NCBI GenBank assembly: GCA_035274425.1
Contig: DATEOC010000079.1
Span: 8,030 to 72,029, forward strand
Direction: 5' to 3'
Length of the DNA: 64,000 nt
From: Chloroflexia bacterium
GTDB lineage: Bacteria > Chloroflexota > Chloroflexia > QHBQ01 > JADMIH01
Below are positions 27,281 to 37,237 of the stretch, piece by piece. The notes beneath the pieces were generated by a model, which was not told the origin of the DNA, did not search any database, and was given only the letters and a program-made list of their open reading frames with translations. Position 1 is the first letter of the stretch; each line of letters begins with the position of its first letter. The position numbers and the translations under genes were made by a program.

Positions 27281-29743
27281 TCATGGCTGCCTGAAATACC
27301 ACTGTCTGGCATTCCAGAAGTTGCTGGTGGTACCGCTTGGTAGCTTGTAATTGGTGAGCGTGTTCCTTACAACTGCGACGTTGGGGCGTTGAACAAGAGG
27401 CACGACCACAATGTCTTGCATAAAAATGGCCTGAACTTGGGCAGCGGCTTCGACCTGGACATGTAACTCTGCCTCGGAGTTGAACTTCGTGTGTGCCTCG
27501 TCCAGCTTCTGATTACAATAGTTCGGGTCGTGCTTAAGTTCGTAAGATGTAGCAGGATTATAACAGCCACGCTGTAGGACAAAATCGCCATCTCTCGTGG
27601 TTGACCATGCGAACTGAGAGAGTTTGATAGTGCCGTTAGCGCGAGGGCTGTCTGCGCTATTGTCGAAGAAGATATCAGATGGGTAGCTCTTCACTATGGC
27701 CTCCACACCAACGGCCTTGAGGTCTGCTGCCACAAGGGCCTGCATCTGCTGGCGCGCAGCCTGGGTCGTGGTGCCATAGATAAATGATAGCTTCACCCCA
27801 CCCTTTGCGCGTATACCATCCGGCCCCACCTTCCACCCTGCTTCCTCCAACACCTGCCTGGCCCTCTCAGGGTCGTAGGGATAAATCGGCAGCTTGTACT
27901 TGGCGGCTATGTCGGGGAAGTTCATTGCGAAATCGGGGTTGTCAAGAGAGTAGTAGATGCTGGGAGGTACTACGCTGTTCATTACTCCCCCCGTCCCTAG
28001 ATAAACTATATCAATTATTCGCTGGCGATTGATGGCCCGGAAGATGGCTTCACGGACGGCACGCTCTTTGAATGGCCCATAATCAAAACGGAAATCAAGA
28101 TGCTCCCATATAGGTCCGGGGCGAGTGGGCATACTGTAGCCTGCGGCTTTTAGGCCAGCGACATCTGCCACTGGCGAGTTGAACGACTCGCTAGTGAACA
28201 TATCTATTTGGCCTGTTTTGAATTGCGAAAGGCCGGAATAGAACTCAACTATAAACTTGATTCTCAACCTCTTGATAAGAGGCTTTGCCGTCAGGCTGTA
28301 ATGCTCGTTGGGGACCAGGACCAGCTGCTGTTCCCTGTTCCAACTCTCTACTTTGTAAGGCCCTGTACCCACAGGTGAGCCAGACACAGGGTCCTCCCGT
28401 AGCTTAGTAGTAGGTATCTTGCCAAGCACATGTTCTGGATAGATAGCGCCTACCTCCGAGTACATCCTGGAGATGACAGGCTTTTTCAGGGAGATGAACG
28501 GGTCGAGAAAACTATACGTCCCCTGAGTAGCGGCTGGCAGGTTGTTCACTAAAGCCTTAGCTTGCTTGTAAGAGCGGTAGTTGTAGATGATGGTGTACTT
28601 GCCAGGGTTGTCTACATTCTGGAGTCGCAGGTACTCGTTGCGATTAGGCGCTTCGACATCAGGGTTGAGGATCAACCTGTAAGCGAAGATAGCGTCATTG
28701 GAGGTAAGCTCCACCCCATCCGACCATTTTATGCCCTGGCGCAGCTTGTACTTCACCTGCAGGTAACGGTCCTCTCCCTCTCCTATGAACTGTGCCCCAC
28801 CATTCTCAAGTGTTGGCACGTACCAGGCGTTCAGAGGGAAGAGATTGTCGTTCTCGTCCCGTCCTACCAACTGGTCTTCGATGAGGGACTTTATCCCACG
28901 CCCAGCTACCGAATTGTCGAACAGGGTGAGGCTGTAAGGCTCTTGCGACATACCAACGATGATCTCGTCCTTCGTGCTCTTCACATCTTTTGGCGGGGCT
29001 ATCGGAAGCGCTTCGGCTGGGACTGCCGTCATGCTGTACTGCTCCACCCCCAGCAGGCCCAACTCCACATCGTATGGCGCAGGCTTCTCAGGGTGTAGCT
29101 CCATGCGGTTGCGCTCGAAGTATTGCACTGTGTATGGCTTGCCGTCGGCCTGTGATACCTCCTCGAATGGCTCACTCAGAGGGAAGCCGAATTGGGGGAG
29201 TCCACCATAGCGGTTCCAGTATTCCAGGAGCTTGCCGGAGAGGGTGTGGCGGGTTTCGGGGAACCATAGCTTGCTCGCGCTCAAATCGGCCGGTTGGTCT
29301 ATGCCTACAAAAGGCTCATCACCTGGGTTGGCGGCTTTGCCTGTAGCTGGGTCTATCTTATTACCGCGCCCCTCTACACGAGATGCACCCAACCTCCCCA
29401 GCAGCACATCGTTGGGAGCTTTGCTCGTGGGGTGCAACTCGTAGCGTGCCCGCTCGAACCATTGGGTATCGTACAGCTTCCCATCCTCTATGGAGATTTC
29501 GGGGCGTCGGGCCGTAATGGGGAGGCCGTTCACGTAGACGCTATCACGCTCGCTCCCCTGCTTGCTCCATACATCAAGGAAGCGCCCTGCCACCTCGATG
29601 CCGTTAATCACGCGAGCAGAGGCTTGTGCGTGGGCAGGGGCGGCAAGGGTGGCATCAACCGGCACGGCTATAAGACCGGGCACGATCATGCAGGTGGAGA
29701 AAGCAATGCTGGCTATATCCGCTTTTAGCGTACGTCCTCTCAT
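27281..29743 (-). CDS. Secreted family-5 solute-binding-protein paralogue 3 with duplicated N-terminal module
   Basis: QWFERARYELHP, QYFERNRMELHP, GIKWSDGVELTSNDAIFAY, PVGTGPYKVESW. The stop is 4 nt before the paralogue-2 ATG. Confidence 0.8.
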   Translation of the reverse strand: MRGRTLKADIASIAFSTCMIVPGLIAVPVDATLAAPAHAQASARVINGIEVAGRFLDVWSKQGSERDSVYVNGLPITARRPEISIEDGKLYDTQWFERARYELHPTSKAPNDVLLGRLGASRVEGRGNKIDPATGKAANPGDEPFVGIDQPADLSASKLWFPETRHTLSGKLLEYWNRYGGLPQFGFPLSEPFEEVSQADGKPYTVQYFERNRMELHPEKPAPYDVELGLLGVEQYSMTAVPAEALPIAPPKDVKSTKDEIIVGMSQEPYSLTLFDNSVAGRGIKSLIEDQLVGRDENDNLFPLNAWYVPTLENGGAQFIGEGEDRYLQVKYKLRQGIKWSDGVELTSNDAIFAYRLILNPDVEAPNRNEYLRLQNVDNPGKYTIIYNYRSYKQAKALVNNLPAATQGTYSFLDPFISLKKPVISRMYSEVGAIYPEHVLGKIPTTKLREDPVSGSPVGTGPYKVESWNREQQLVLVPNEHYSLTAKPLIKRLRIKFIVEFYSGLSQFKTGQIDMFTSESFNSPVADVAGLKAAGYSMPTRPGPIWEHLDFRFDYGPFKERAVREAIFRAINRQRIIDIVYLGTGGVMNSVVPPSIYYSLDNPDFAMNFPDIAAKYKLPIYPYDPERARQVLEEAGWKVGPDGIRAKGGVKLSFIYGTTTQAARQQMQALVAADLKAVGVEAIVKSYPSDIFFDNSADSPRANGTIKLSQFAWSTTRDGDFVLQRGCYNPATSYELKHDPNYCNQKLDEAHTKFNSEAELHVQVEAAAQVQAIFMQDIVVVPLVQRPNVAVVRNTLTNYKLPSGTTSNFWNARQWYFRQP

Positions 29744-29753
29744 TACAATATGC

Positions 29754-32216
29754 TTACCTGAAATACCACTGCCTGGCGTTCCAGAAACTGCTCATAGTGG
29801 AGTTGGTGATCTTGTAATTGACTAGTTTGCTGGTGACAAGCTCGATGTTGGGACGCTGTACGAGAGGCACGGTAACAAGGTCTTGCATTAGATTGACCTG
29901 GGCTTGTGCGGCTGCGGCGATAACTACGCTACCCAGATTGTTATTTAACGTGGTGTTAGCATCATCTACAGCCCTATTGCAATATATTGTTCTATTATCC
30001 TCAGGGCCCCTTGGATCGTACGGAGGTGGGCAGAGCCATTCGCTAAAATCACTATCCCGCGTGCCTACCGAGGAGAGCCCCTTCAGCTTAATGATCCCGT
30101 TGTGCCAGATATCATCGGGGCATTCCCAACAGCTCGAACTGGCAGGGTACGATTTCGGCACTGCATCTATACCTACAGCTTTGAGGTCTGCCACCACGAG
30201 AGTTTGCATTCGCTGACGCACACTGTTGATGACAATACCATACTCGAACGACAGCCTAAACCCACCTTTGGCGCGGATGCCATCCGGCCCAGCCTTCCAA
30301 CCTGCGTCTTCCAGCAGCTTCTTGGCACGTTCAGGATCATATGAGTAAATTGGGAGCTTATACTGGGCGGCTATGTCGGGATAGTTCCTGGCGAAATCTG
30401 GGTTATCGAGGGAGTAATAGACGCCTGCGGGCACGGGCGCATTCATGACCCTCCCCGCGCCCTGGTAGACCTGGTCTACTATGCGTTGGCGGTTGATTGC
30501 TATGAAGATAGCTTCCCGGACCGCGCGCTCTCTGAATGGGCCGTAGTCGAAGTGGAAATCAAGGTGCTCCCAAGTGGAAGCCGGGCGGCTCGCTATGACT
30601 ATGCCCGCGCTCTTGAGGCCGACGTCAGCAGGAGGAACAGTGAAATAGTCGCCGGCAACCATATCTACATCGCCCGTCCTGACCTGTGTGGTCACCTGGT
30701 TCGAGTCCACAACAAACTTTAGTGTGATTCTCTTGATAAGGGGCGCAGAGGTCAGGGTGTAGTGCTCATTTAGGGTCAGGACCATCTCCTGCCCGGTAGT
30801 CCACCTCGTTACCTTGTATGGCCCTGTGCCAATGGGTGCCCGCGCTATAGGGGCTTCCCCTATAAGGGAGATAGGGATCTTGCCAAGCGCATGTTCAGGG
30901 TAGATAGCCCCTATCTCGGAGTAAGCTCTCGATATGACGGGCCTGTTCTGGTCAACGAACGGCCGCAGGAAACTGTATGTCACCTTGTCGTTAGCCGGCA
31001 GGGTGTTCAGCAGGGTGCGAGCCTGCCGGCTGGAGCGATAGTTGTAGATAACGGTGTACTTGTCCGGGTTGTCCACATTCTGGAGCTTTTCGTACTCGGC
31101 ACGGTCAGCAACCTGGGAATCGGGATCCATCACCAGCTTGTAGGCAAAGACCGCGTCATTGGAGGTAAGCTCCACACCATCCGACCACTTTATTCCGCGC
31201 CGTAGCTTGTACTTCACCCTTAGATAGCGGTCAACCTCGCTCCCCACGTAAGAGGCCCCGCCATTCTCAATGGTAGGCACGTACCAGGCGTCAAGAGGGA
31301 AGAGATTGTCGTTGTCGTCACGGCCCACCAGCCCATCCTCGATGAGTAAGCGGATTCGTTTAGCGGCAGGGGTGATACTTCTGAACGTCAGGTCGCCCGG
31401 CTCCAGGAGCATGCCAATCCTGATCTCATCTCTGGGGGTCGTCACATTTTTGGGCGGGGCTATGGGCAGCGCGTCAGCAGGGACGGCCCTCATGCCGTAC
31501 TGCTCTACCCCCAGCAAACCTAACTCGACGTCGTAGGGTGCGGGCTTTTCGGGGTGTAGCTCAAAGCGATTACGCTCGAAATACTGCACCGTGAAATATT
31601 TCACCTCGAATGGCTTACCTTCTGCCTGTGATGCCTCCTGGAATGGCTCGCTCAAGGGGAAGCCGAACTGCGAAAGTCCACCGTACTTGTTCCAGTATTC
31701 CAGGAACTTCCCGGAAAGGGTATGGCGCGTCTCCGGGAACCAGCGCTTTCTTTCTCCCAGGCCGCCAGGCTGGCTTACCCCCACGAAAGGAAAATCTGTA
31801 GGGTGAGCGACTTCGCCCGTGGAGACATCTATCTTGCCGAGGCCCTCAACACGAGATAAGCCCAACCTGCCCAGCAGCACGTCGTTGGGGCCTGGGTTCT
31901 CTGGGTGAAGCTCATAGCGCGCCCGCTCGAACCACTGCATCTCATACACCCTGCCATCATCCAGTGAGATCTCGGAGCGGCGGGGGGTAATGGGGAGGCC
32001 GTTGACATAGACGCTATCACGCTCGCTCCCCTGCTTGTTCCACACTTCCAGGAAGCGCCCTGACACCTCGATGCCATTGATCGTGCGGGTAGTCTGAATT
32101 GCGCTCAATTGGGCGTAGACAGCGACAGTAGACACAGGCAGGGCCAGCAAGGTCATGAGTATTCCCATGCCTATACGGAATGTCGTGTGAGAGACCTTAC
32201 GGGTCAAGTTGCCCAT
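29754..32216 (-). CDS. Secreted family-5 solute-binding-protein paralogue 4 with duplicated N-terminal module
   Basis: QWFERARYELHP, QYFERNRFELHP, GIKWSDGVELTSNDAVFAY, PIGTGPYKVTRW. Start set at MGNLTRKVSH. The upstream 24 codons of the track ORF are repeat-encoded, and no clear SD is present, so the start is uncertain. Confidence 0.75.
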   Translation of the reverse strand: MGNLTRKVSHTTFRIGMGILMTLLALPVSTVAVYAQLSAIQTTRTINGIEVSGRFLEVWNKQGSERDSVYVNGLPITPRRSEISLDDGRVYEMQWFERARYELHPENPGPNDVLLGRLGLSRVEGLGKIDVSTGEVAHPTDFPFVGVSQPGGLGERKRWFPETRHTLSGKFLEYWNKYGGLSQFGFPLSEPFQEASQAEGKPFEVKYFTVQYFERNRFELHPEKPAPYDVELGLLGVEQYGMRAVPADALPIAPPKNVTTPRDEIRIGMLLEPGDLTFRSITPAAKRIRLLIEDGLVGRDDNDNLFPLDAWYVPTIENGGASYVGSEVDRYLRVKYKLRRGIKWSDGVELTSNDAVFAYKLVMDPDSQVADRAEYEKLQNVDNPDKYTVIYNYRSSRQARTLLNTLPANDKVTYSFLRPFVDQNRPVISRAYSEIGAIYPEHALGKIPISLIGEAPIARAPIGTGPYKVTRWTTGQEMVLTLNEHYTLTSAPLIKRITLKFVVDSNQVTTQVRTGDVDMVAGDYFTVPPADVGLKSAGIVIASRPASTWEHLDFHFDYGPFRERAVREAIFIAINRQRIVDQVYQGAGRVMNAPVPAGVYYSLDNPDFARNYPDIAAQYKLPIYSYDPERAKKLLEDAGWKAGPDGIRAKGGFRLSFEYGIVINSVRQRMQTLVVADLKAVGIDAVPKSYPASSSCWECPDDIWHNGIIKLKGLSSVGTRDSDFSEWLCPPPYDPRGPEDNRTIYCNRAVDDANTTLNNNLGSVVIAAAAQAQVNLMQDLVTVPLVQRPNIELVTSKLVNYKITNSTMSSFWNARQWYFR

Positions 32217-32260
32217 ATTGTTGAAATGTATCGTCGTGGTAAGCGAGGATTTAATCACAA

Positions 32261-32290
32261 GGAACACAGAGGGGCACAAAGGACACAAAG
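32261..32290. repeat. CACAGAGG/CACAAAGG-type short array
   Basis: ggaacacagaggggcacaaaggacacaaag. Confidence 0.7.
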
Positions 32291-32418
32291 TCTACTTGAG
32301 GTTGGTTCACCTCCGAGTGCGGAAGGTCTGCATCTGGCAGGTAAATCCTTACAGGACCCCAACCCATGTTTCGGAACAATGAGGAACAAGGAGTTTCGGG
32401 TGACGAAGCACCTCTCTA

Positions 32419-32503
32419 CCTGTCATTCTGAACAAAGTGAGGAATCTCCGTGCTTTGCCGAATGCATAGATTTCTAGATTCCTCACTTCGTTCGGAATGA
32501 CAG
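32419..32503. repeat. TGTCATTC...GAATGACA inverted-repeat element, copy 1
   Basis: cctgtcattctgaacaaagtgaggaatct-(27 nt)-agattcctcacttcgttcggaatgacagg. Related copies lie at 52383-52477 and 59677-59756. Confidence 0.9.
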
Positions 32504-32551
32504 GTAAAAGATTACACTTCTCGTACGCAGCTATACTTCTTATCGTCCTTC

Positions 32552-34463
<1,912 letters not shown>

Positions 34464-34493
34464 CTTCTCCCTACACGCTAACGTAAATCGTAC

Positions 34494-35471
34494 TTATGAG
34501 ACCGGCGAAGCGCCTAACGCCTCGGCAATAACAGGCTCCTCGCCAAAGTTCTCGACATACCTATCTGCGAACTCCTGGCGGGTGTAGCTGAACGATTGCG
34601 TGCCGTAGTTCTCTATGGCGCAGACTGCGGCAAGGGAAGCCACACGCCCTGCCCGCTGTATGTCAAGCCCCGCACCCAACGCGAATACCAACCCACCCAG
34701 GTAGGCATCTCCCGCACCGACAGGGTCTACCAACTCACGCGGCCTGGCGGGTGGGATGGCGGCGACCTCGTCTCGCGTCATTATCACCGAGCCATGCTTA
34801 CCCTTCGTGACGACTACCATCTCCGCATGGTCGAGGATGTCGTGCTGGCTCAGGCCCGTCTTGTCGCGGATAAGTTCATACTCGTAGTCATTCGCGACCA
34901 CTACTTTGGCCCCGCGCACGCCCTCTGCTAGCTCGTCACCGCTCATGCGGATGATCTGCCAGATAGGAGAGTAGACGTAGGGGATGCCCATCTCCTGGCA
35001 CTCCTGGGTGAAGCGCACGATAGGCTCAGGCTCGGTGGGGCCGATCACCACAAGGTCCATCTCCTCTCGCGGGATGGTAGTTAGACTCTTCTCTTTGTCG
35101 CGGGCCATCGCGCCTGTGTAGAAGCCGGTGATCTGGTTGTTGTCGAGGTCGGTAGTGATGTAGCAGGTGGCGGTGAATTCGTCGGGCACGACCTCGATGA
35201 AACGGGTGTCTATACCATGTCGCTCCATCCACGCTTCATAGTCGGCCCAGTCATTCTCGCCTACTGACGTGAAAATAGCGGGGGGCGCTCCCAGCAATGC
35301 CATCGTATAGGCGATGTTGGCGGCGACCCCGCCACGTTGCCGCTTCATCGTGCTGACCAGGAAGGAGAGATTGATGACGTGGAGCTTATCGGGCATAATA
35401 TGGTCCTTGAAATGCCCAGGAAAGTTCATGATGTTATCGTACGCTACCGACCCGGTGATTATCGTGCTCAT
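34494..35471 (-). CDS. PfkB-family carbohydrate/nucleoside kinase, adenosine-kinase-like
   Basis: MSTIITGSVAYDNIMNFPGHFKDHIMPDKLHVINLSFLV...RGGVAANIAY and C-terminal DPVGAGDAYLGG. Resembles mycobacterial-type adenosine kinase from memory. Start moved to 35471 (GAGGA upstream) because the track start lies inside a hairpin. Confidence 0.65.
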   Translation of the reverse strand: MSTIITGSVAYDNIMNFPGHFKDHIMPDKLHVINLSFLVSTMKRQRGGVAANIAYTMALLGAPPAIFTSVGENDWADYEAWMERHGIDTRFIEVVPDEFTATCYITTDLDNNQITGFYTGAMARDKEKSLTTIPREEMDLVVIGPTEPEPIVRFTQECQEMGIPYVYSPIWQIIRMSGDELAEGVRGAKVVVANDYEYELIRDKTGLSQHDILDHAEMVVVTKGKHGSVIMTRDEVAAIPPARPRELVDPVGAGDAYLGGLVFALGAGLDIQRAGRVASLAAVCAIENYGTQSFSYTRQEFADRYVENFGEEPVIAEALGASPVS

Positions 35472-35484
35472 TCTTATTCCTCTT

Positions 35485-35529
35485 CCTTCTTCCTTTTCTG
35501 ACATCTTCGATGTCAGAAAAGGAAGAAGG
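35485..35529 (-). other. Intercistronic perfect hairpin (21-bp stem)
   Basis: ccttcttccttttctgacatc-ttc-gatgtcagaaaaggaagaagg, between mtnA and the kinase gene. Confidence 0.8.
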
Positions 35530-35548
35530 AAACAATAATTTCTTTTGT

Positions 35549-35593
35549 CTTTGATTTTCATTTTGACCTTGCAGGCCAAAATGAAAATCAAAG
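35549..35593 (-). other. Intercistronic hairpin (17-bp stem) immediately after the mtnA stop
   Basis: ctttgattttcattttg-(11 nt)-caaaatgaaaatcaaag. A related palindrome lies at 37092-37111. Confidence 0.8.
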
Positions 35594-35596
35594 AGG

Positions 35597-36622
35597 TTAA
35601 ATCTCCTGTAAGGAGGCGCTATAAGGCTGCCGCAAAATGCCGGACTCAGTGATTATACAACTTACGAGGCGGTTGGGGGTAACATCGAAGGCGGGATTGT
35701 AAACCGCGATGCTATCAGGCGCGAGACGCTTGCCACCATGATATGTCACCTCATCGGGGTGGCGCTCCTCTATCTTTATGTCGTCGCCGGTGCGGATATT
35801 GAGGTCTATTGTGGAGGTGGGCGCGGCTACGTAGAAGGGGATGTCGTGGGCGTGGGCGAGTGTCGCAAGGCCATAGGTGCCGATCTTGTTCGCCACGTCG
35901 CCATTCGCGGCGATGCGGTCAGCGCCCACCAGCACGGCATCCACACGCCCAGCTCGCATGAGGGAAGCAGCCATGCTGTCGGCTATAAGCGTGCAGGGAA
36001 CGCCCCACCTGCTCAGTTCCCATGTAGTCAGGCGCGCACCCTGCAACAAGGGACGCGTCTCGTCAACCCAAACGTGGATGCGCTTCCCCTGGCGGCGGGC
36101 CGTGTAGATGATGCCGAGGGCCGAGCCTATGCCACCGGCGGCTAATGGACCGGCGTTGCAGTGCGTCAAGACGTTCATACCGTCGTGCAAGAGTTGCGCG
36201 CCATGCTCGCCCATACGCTTGTTCGCTTCCTCGTTTTCATGCTCAATGCGTTGGGCGGTAGCGAGAATGGCGGCACGCGCTCCCTGCATATCACTCGCGC
36301 CGCGAGCCGCAGAGAGAACAGTGTCGAGCGCCCACCCCAGGTTCACCGCTGTGGGCCGGGTGCTTCGCAAGAGAGAGGCAGCAGACTCTATGTCGGAGAG
36401 GAAAGTAAGGAGGTCAGATGCGCGGGAAGACGCTGCGGCTAGGCACAATCCATAGGCAGCCGCCACTCCGAGCGCAGGCGCACCCCGTACCTTGAGTGTG
36501 CGTATCGCTCCGGCAAGCTCCTCAACCGAATGGCACGCGATGTACTCCAAACGCGCTGGGAGGAGCGTCTGGTCAACCAGCCGGAGCGTGCCGTCAGGCA
36601 ACCATGCAACAGGAGCAGGCAC
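35597..36622 (-). CDS. mtnA: S-methyl-5-thioribose-1-phosphate isomerase
   Basis: LVDQTLLP...LKVRGAPALG...THCNAGPLA...VWVDETRPLLQGARLTTWEL...VGADRIAANGDVANKIGTY...PFYVAAPTSTID. The track ATG at 36772 lies upstream of the riboswitch terminator, so the start is placed at the in-frame GTG at 36622 (an alternative TTG is at 36667). The start is uncertain. Confidence 0.85.
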   Translation of the reverse strand: MPAPVAWLPDGTLRLVDQTLLPARLEYIACHSVEELAGAIRTLKVRGAPALGVAAAYGLCLAAASSRASDLLTFLSDIESAASLLRSTRPTAVNLGWALDTVLSAARGASDMQGARAAILATAQRIEHENEEANKRMGEHGAQLLHDGMNVLTHCNAGPLAAGGIGSALGIIYTARRQGKRIHVWVDETRPLLQGARLTTWELSRWGVPCTLIADSMAASLMRAGRVDAVLVGADRIAANGDVANKIGTYGLATLAHAHDIPFYVAAPTSTIDLNIRTGDDIKIEERHPDEVTYHGGKRLAPDSIAVYNPAFDVTPNRLVSCIITESGILRQPYSASLQEI

Positions 36623-36691
36623 TTCGCTATCGCGCCCAATATCAACTTGTGAAGATTGAAGAAGCAACGTTATTTCAAGCTTACATACAGA

Positions 36692-36724
36692 CCGTCGTCT
36701 ATCGTCTATCGTCCGTCGTCCGCC
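36692..36724. repeat. Heptamer array (CGTCTAT/CGTCCGT) in the mtnA 5' UTR
   Basis: ccgtcgtctatcgtctatcgtccgtcgtccgcc. Confidence 0.9.
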
Positions 36725-36732
36725 GAAGGCAC

Positions 36733-36760
36733 AAAAAAAGTTCTCTCGGCATGAGAGAAC
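36733..36760 (-). terminator. Intrinsic terminator (expression platform of the SAM-I riboswitch)
   Basis: Minus strand reads GUUCUCUC-AUGCC-GAGAGAAC followed by U7. The 5' arm can alternatively pair with the 3' strand of aptamer helix P1 (AUGAGAGA) as an anti-terminator. Confidence 0.85.
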
Positions 36761-36781
36761 AAAGCATAGCACAATGTTCGT

Positions 36782-36900
36782 CTCTCATCTTTCAGGTCTG
36801 ACGACCTGTCGGATTTGGCACCAACGATCAAGCAAGAATATTGCCTGATCCGGTTGCCGGGCTTCACGGGGCCGTTCCCTCCGCCCATCTCGATAAGAGC
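36782..36900 (-). promoter_or_regulatory. SAM-I (S-box) riboswitch aptamer
   Basis: Minus strand reads CUCUUAUCGAGAUGGGCGGAGGGAACGGCCCCGUGAAGCCCGGCAACCGG...GGUGCCAAAUCCGACAGGUCGUCAGACCUGAAAGAUGAGAG. This reproduces the conserved S-box blocks (CUUAUC.AGAG, GAGGGA, GGCCC, GAA.CC.GCAACC, GGUGC.AA.UCC, AGAU.AG). Confidence 0.9.
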
Positions 36901-36928
36901 CATGTTATTCGATTTTGACGCAGAGAGA

Positions 36929-36957
36929 ATCATATCATAAGGTATGGTTGCTGTCAA
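36929..36957 (-). promoter_or_regulatory. Sigma-70-type promoter for the riboswitch-led operon
   Basis: Minus strand reads TTGACA-17 nt-TATGAT, about 25 nt upstream of aptamer helix P1. Confidence 0.65.
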
Positions 36958-37040
36958 GTTTCGCATCCAGCCTGAATCTTATCTTCACATAGACTTCTCT
37001 TAAGATGGGAAGTTTAGGATAGGATCTGTAACAAAACCGC

Positions 37041-37069
37041 GTAGGGGCGTGCCGTCGGCACGCCCCTAC
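37041..37069. repeat. GTAGGGGC...GCCCCTAC palindrome, copy 2
   Basis: gtaggggcgtgcc-gtc-ggcacgcccctac. Confidence 0.85.
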
Positions 37070-37091
37070 ATCTGAATGCTCACCATCCAAA

Positions 37092-37111
37092 TTGATTTTC
37101 ATGAAAATCAA
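37092..37111. repeat. TTGATTTTCAT/ATGAAAATCAA palindrome
   Basis: ttgattttcatgaaaatcaa followed by agacaaagg. Shares ATGAAAATCAAAGA with the hairpin at 35549-35593. Confidence 0.75.
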
Positions 37112-37237
37112 AGACAAAGGAGATTCACTGTAACCTCTGAAGTATTAGTAGGTATATGCCTCGATGCCGCCGCGTAGGGCGGGGTTGCATGGCTACGTGG
37201 GCACGTGGGCGCAAAATACCAACCAAAAGGAGACGAG

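Noticed and set aside
20208-32216. Could the four SBP paralogues be targets of a diversity-generating retroelement or a phase-variable cassette system?
   Set aside because: There is no reverse transcriptase, template repeat or invertase nearby. The differences are spread along the proteins as ordinary paralogue divergence and are not confined to an adenine-specific variable region.
36706-36966. An 86-aa minus-strand ORF and the 36772 ATG extension of mtnA.
   Set aside because: Both overlap the SAM-I aptamer and its terminator. A coding role is incompatible with the riboswitch reading.
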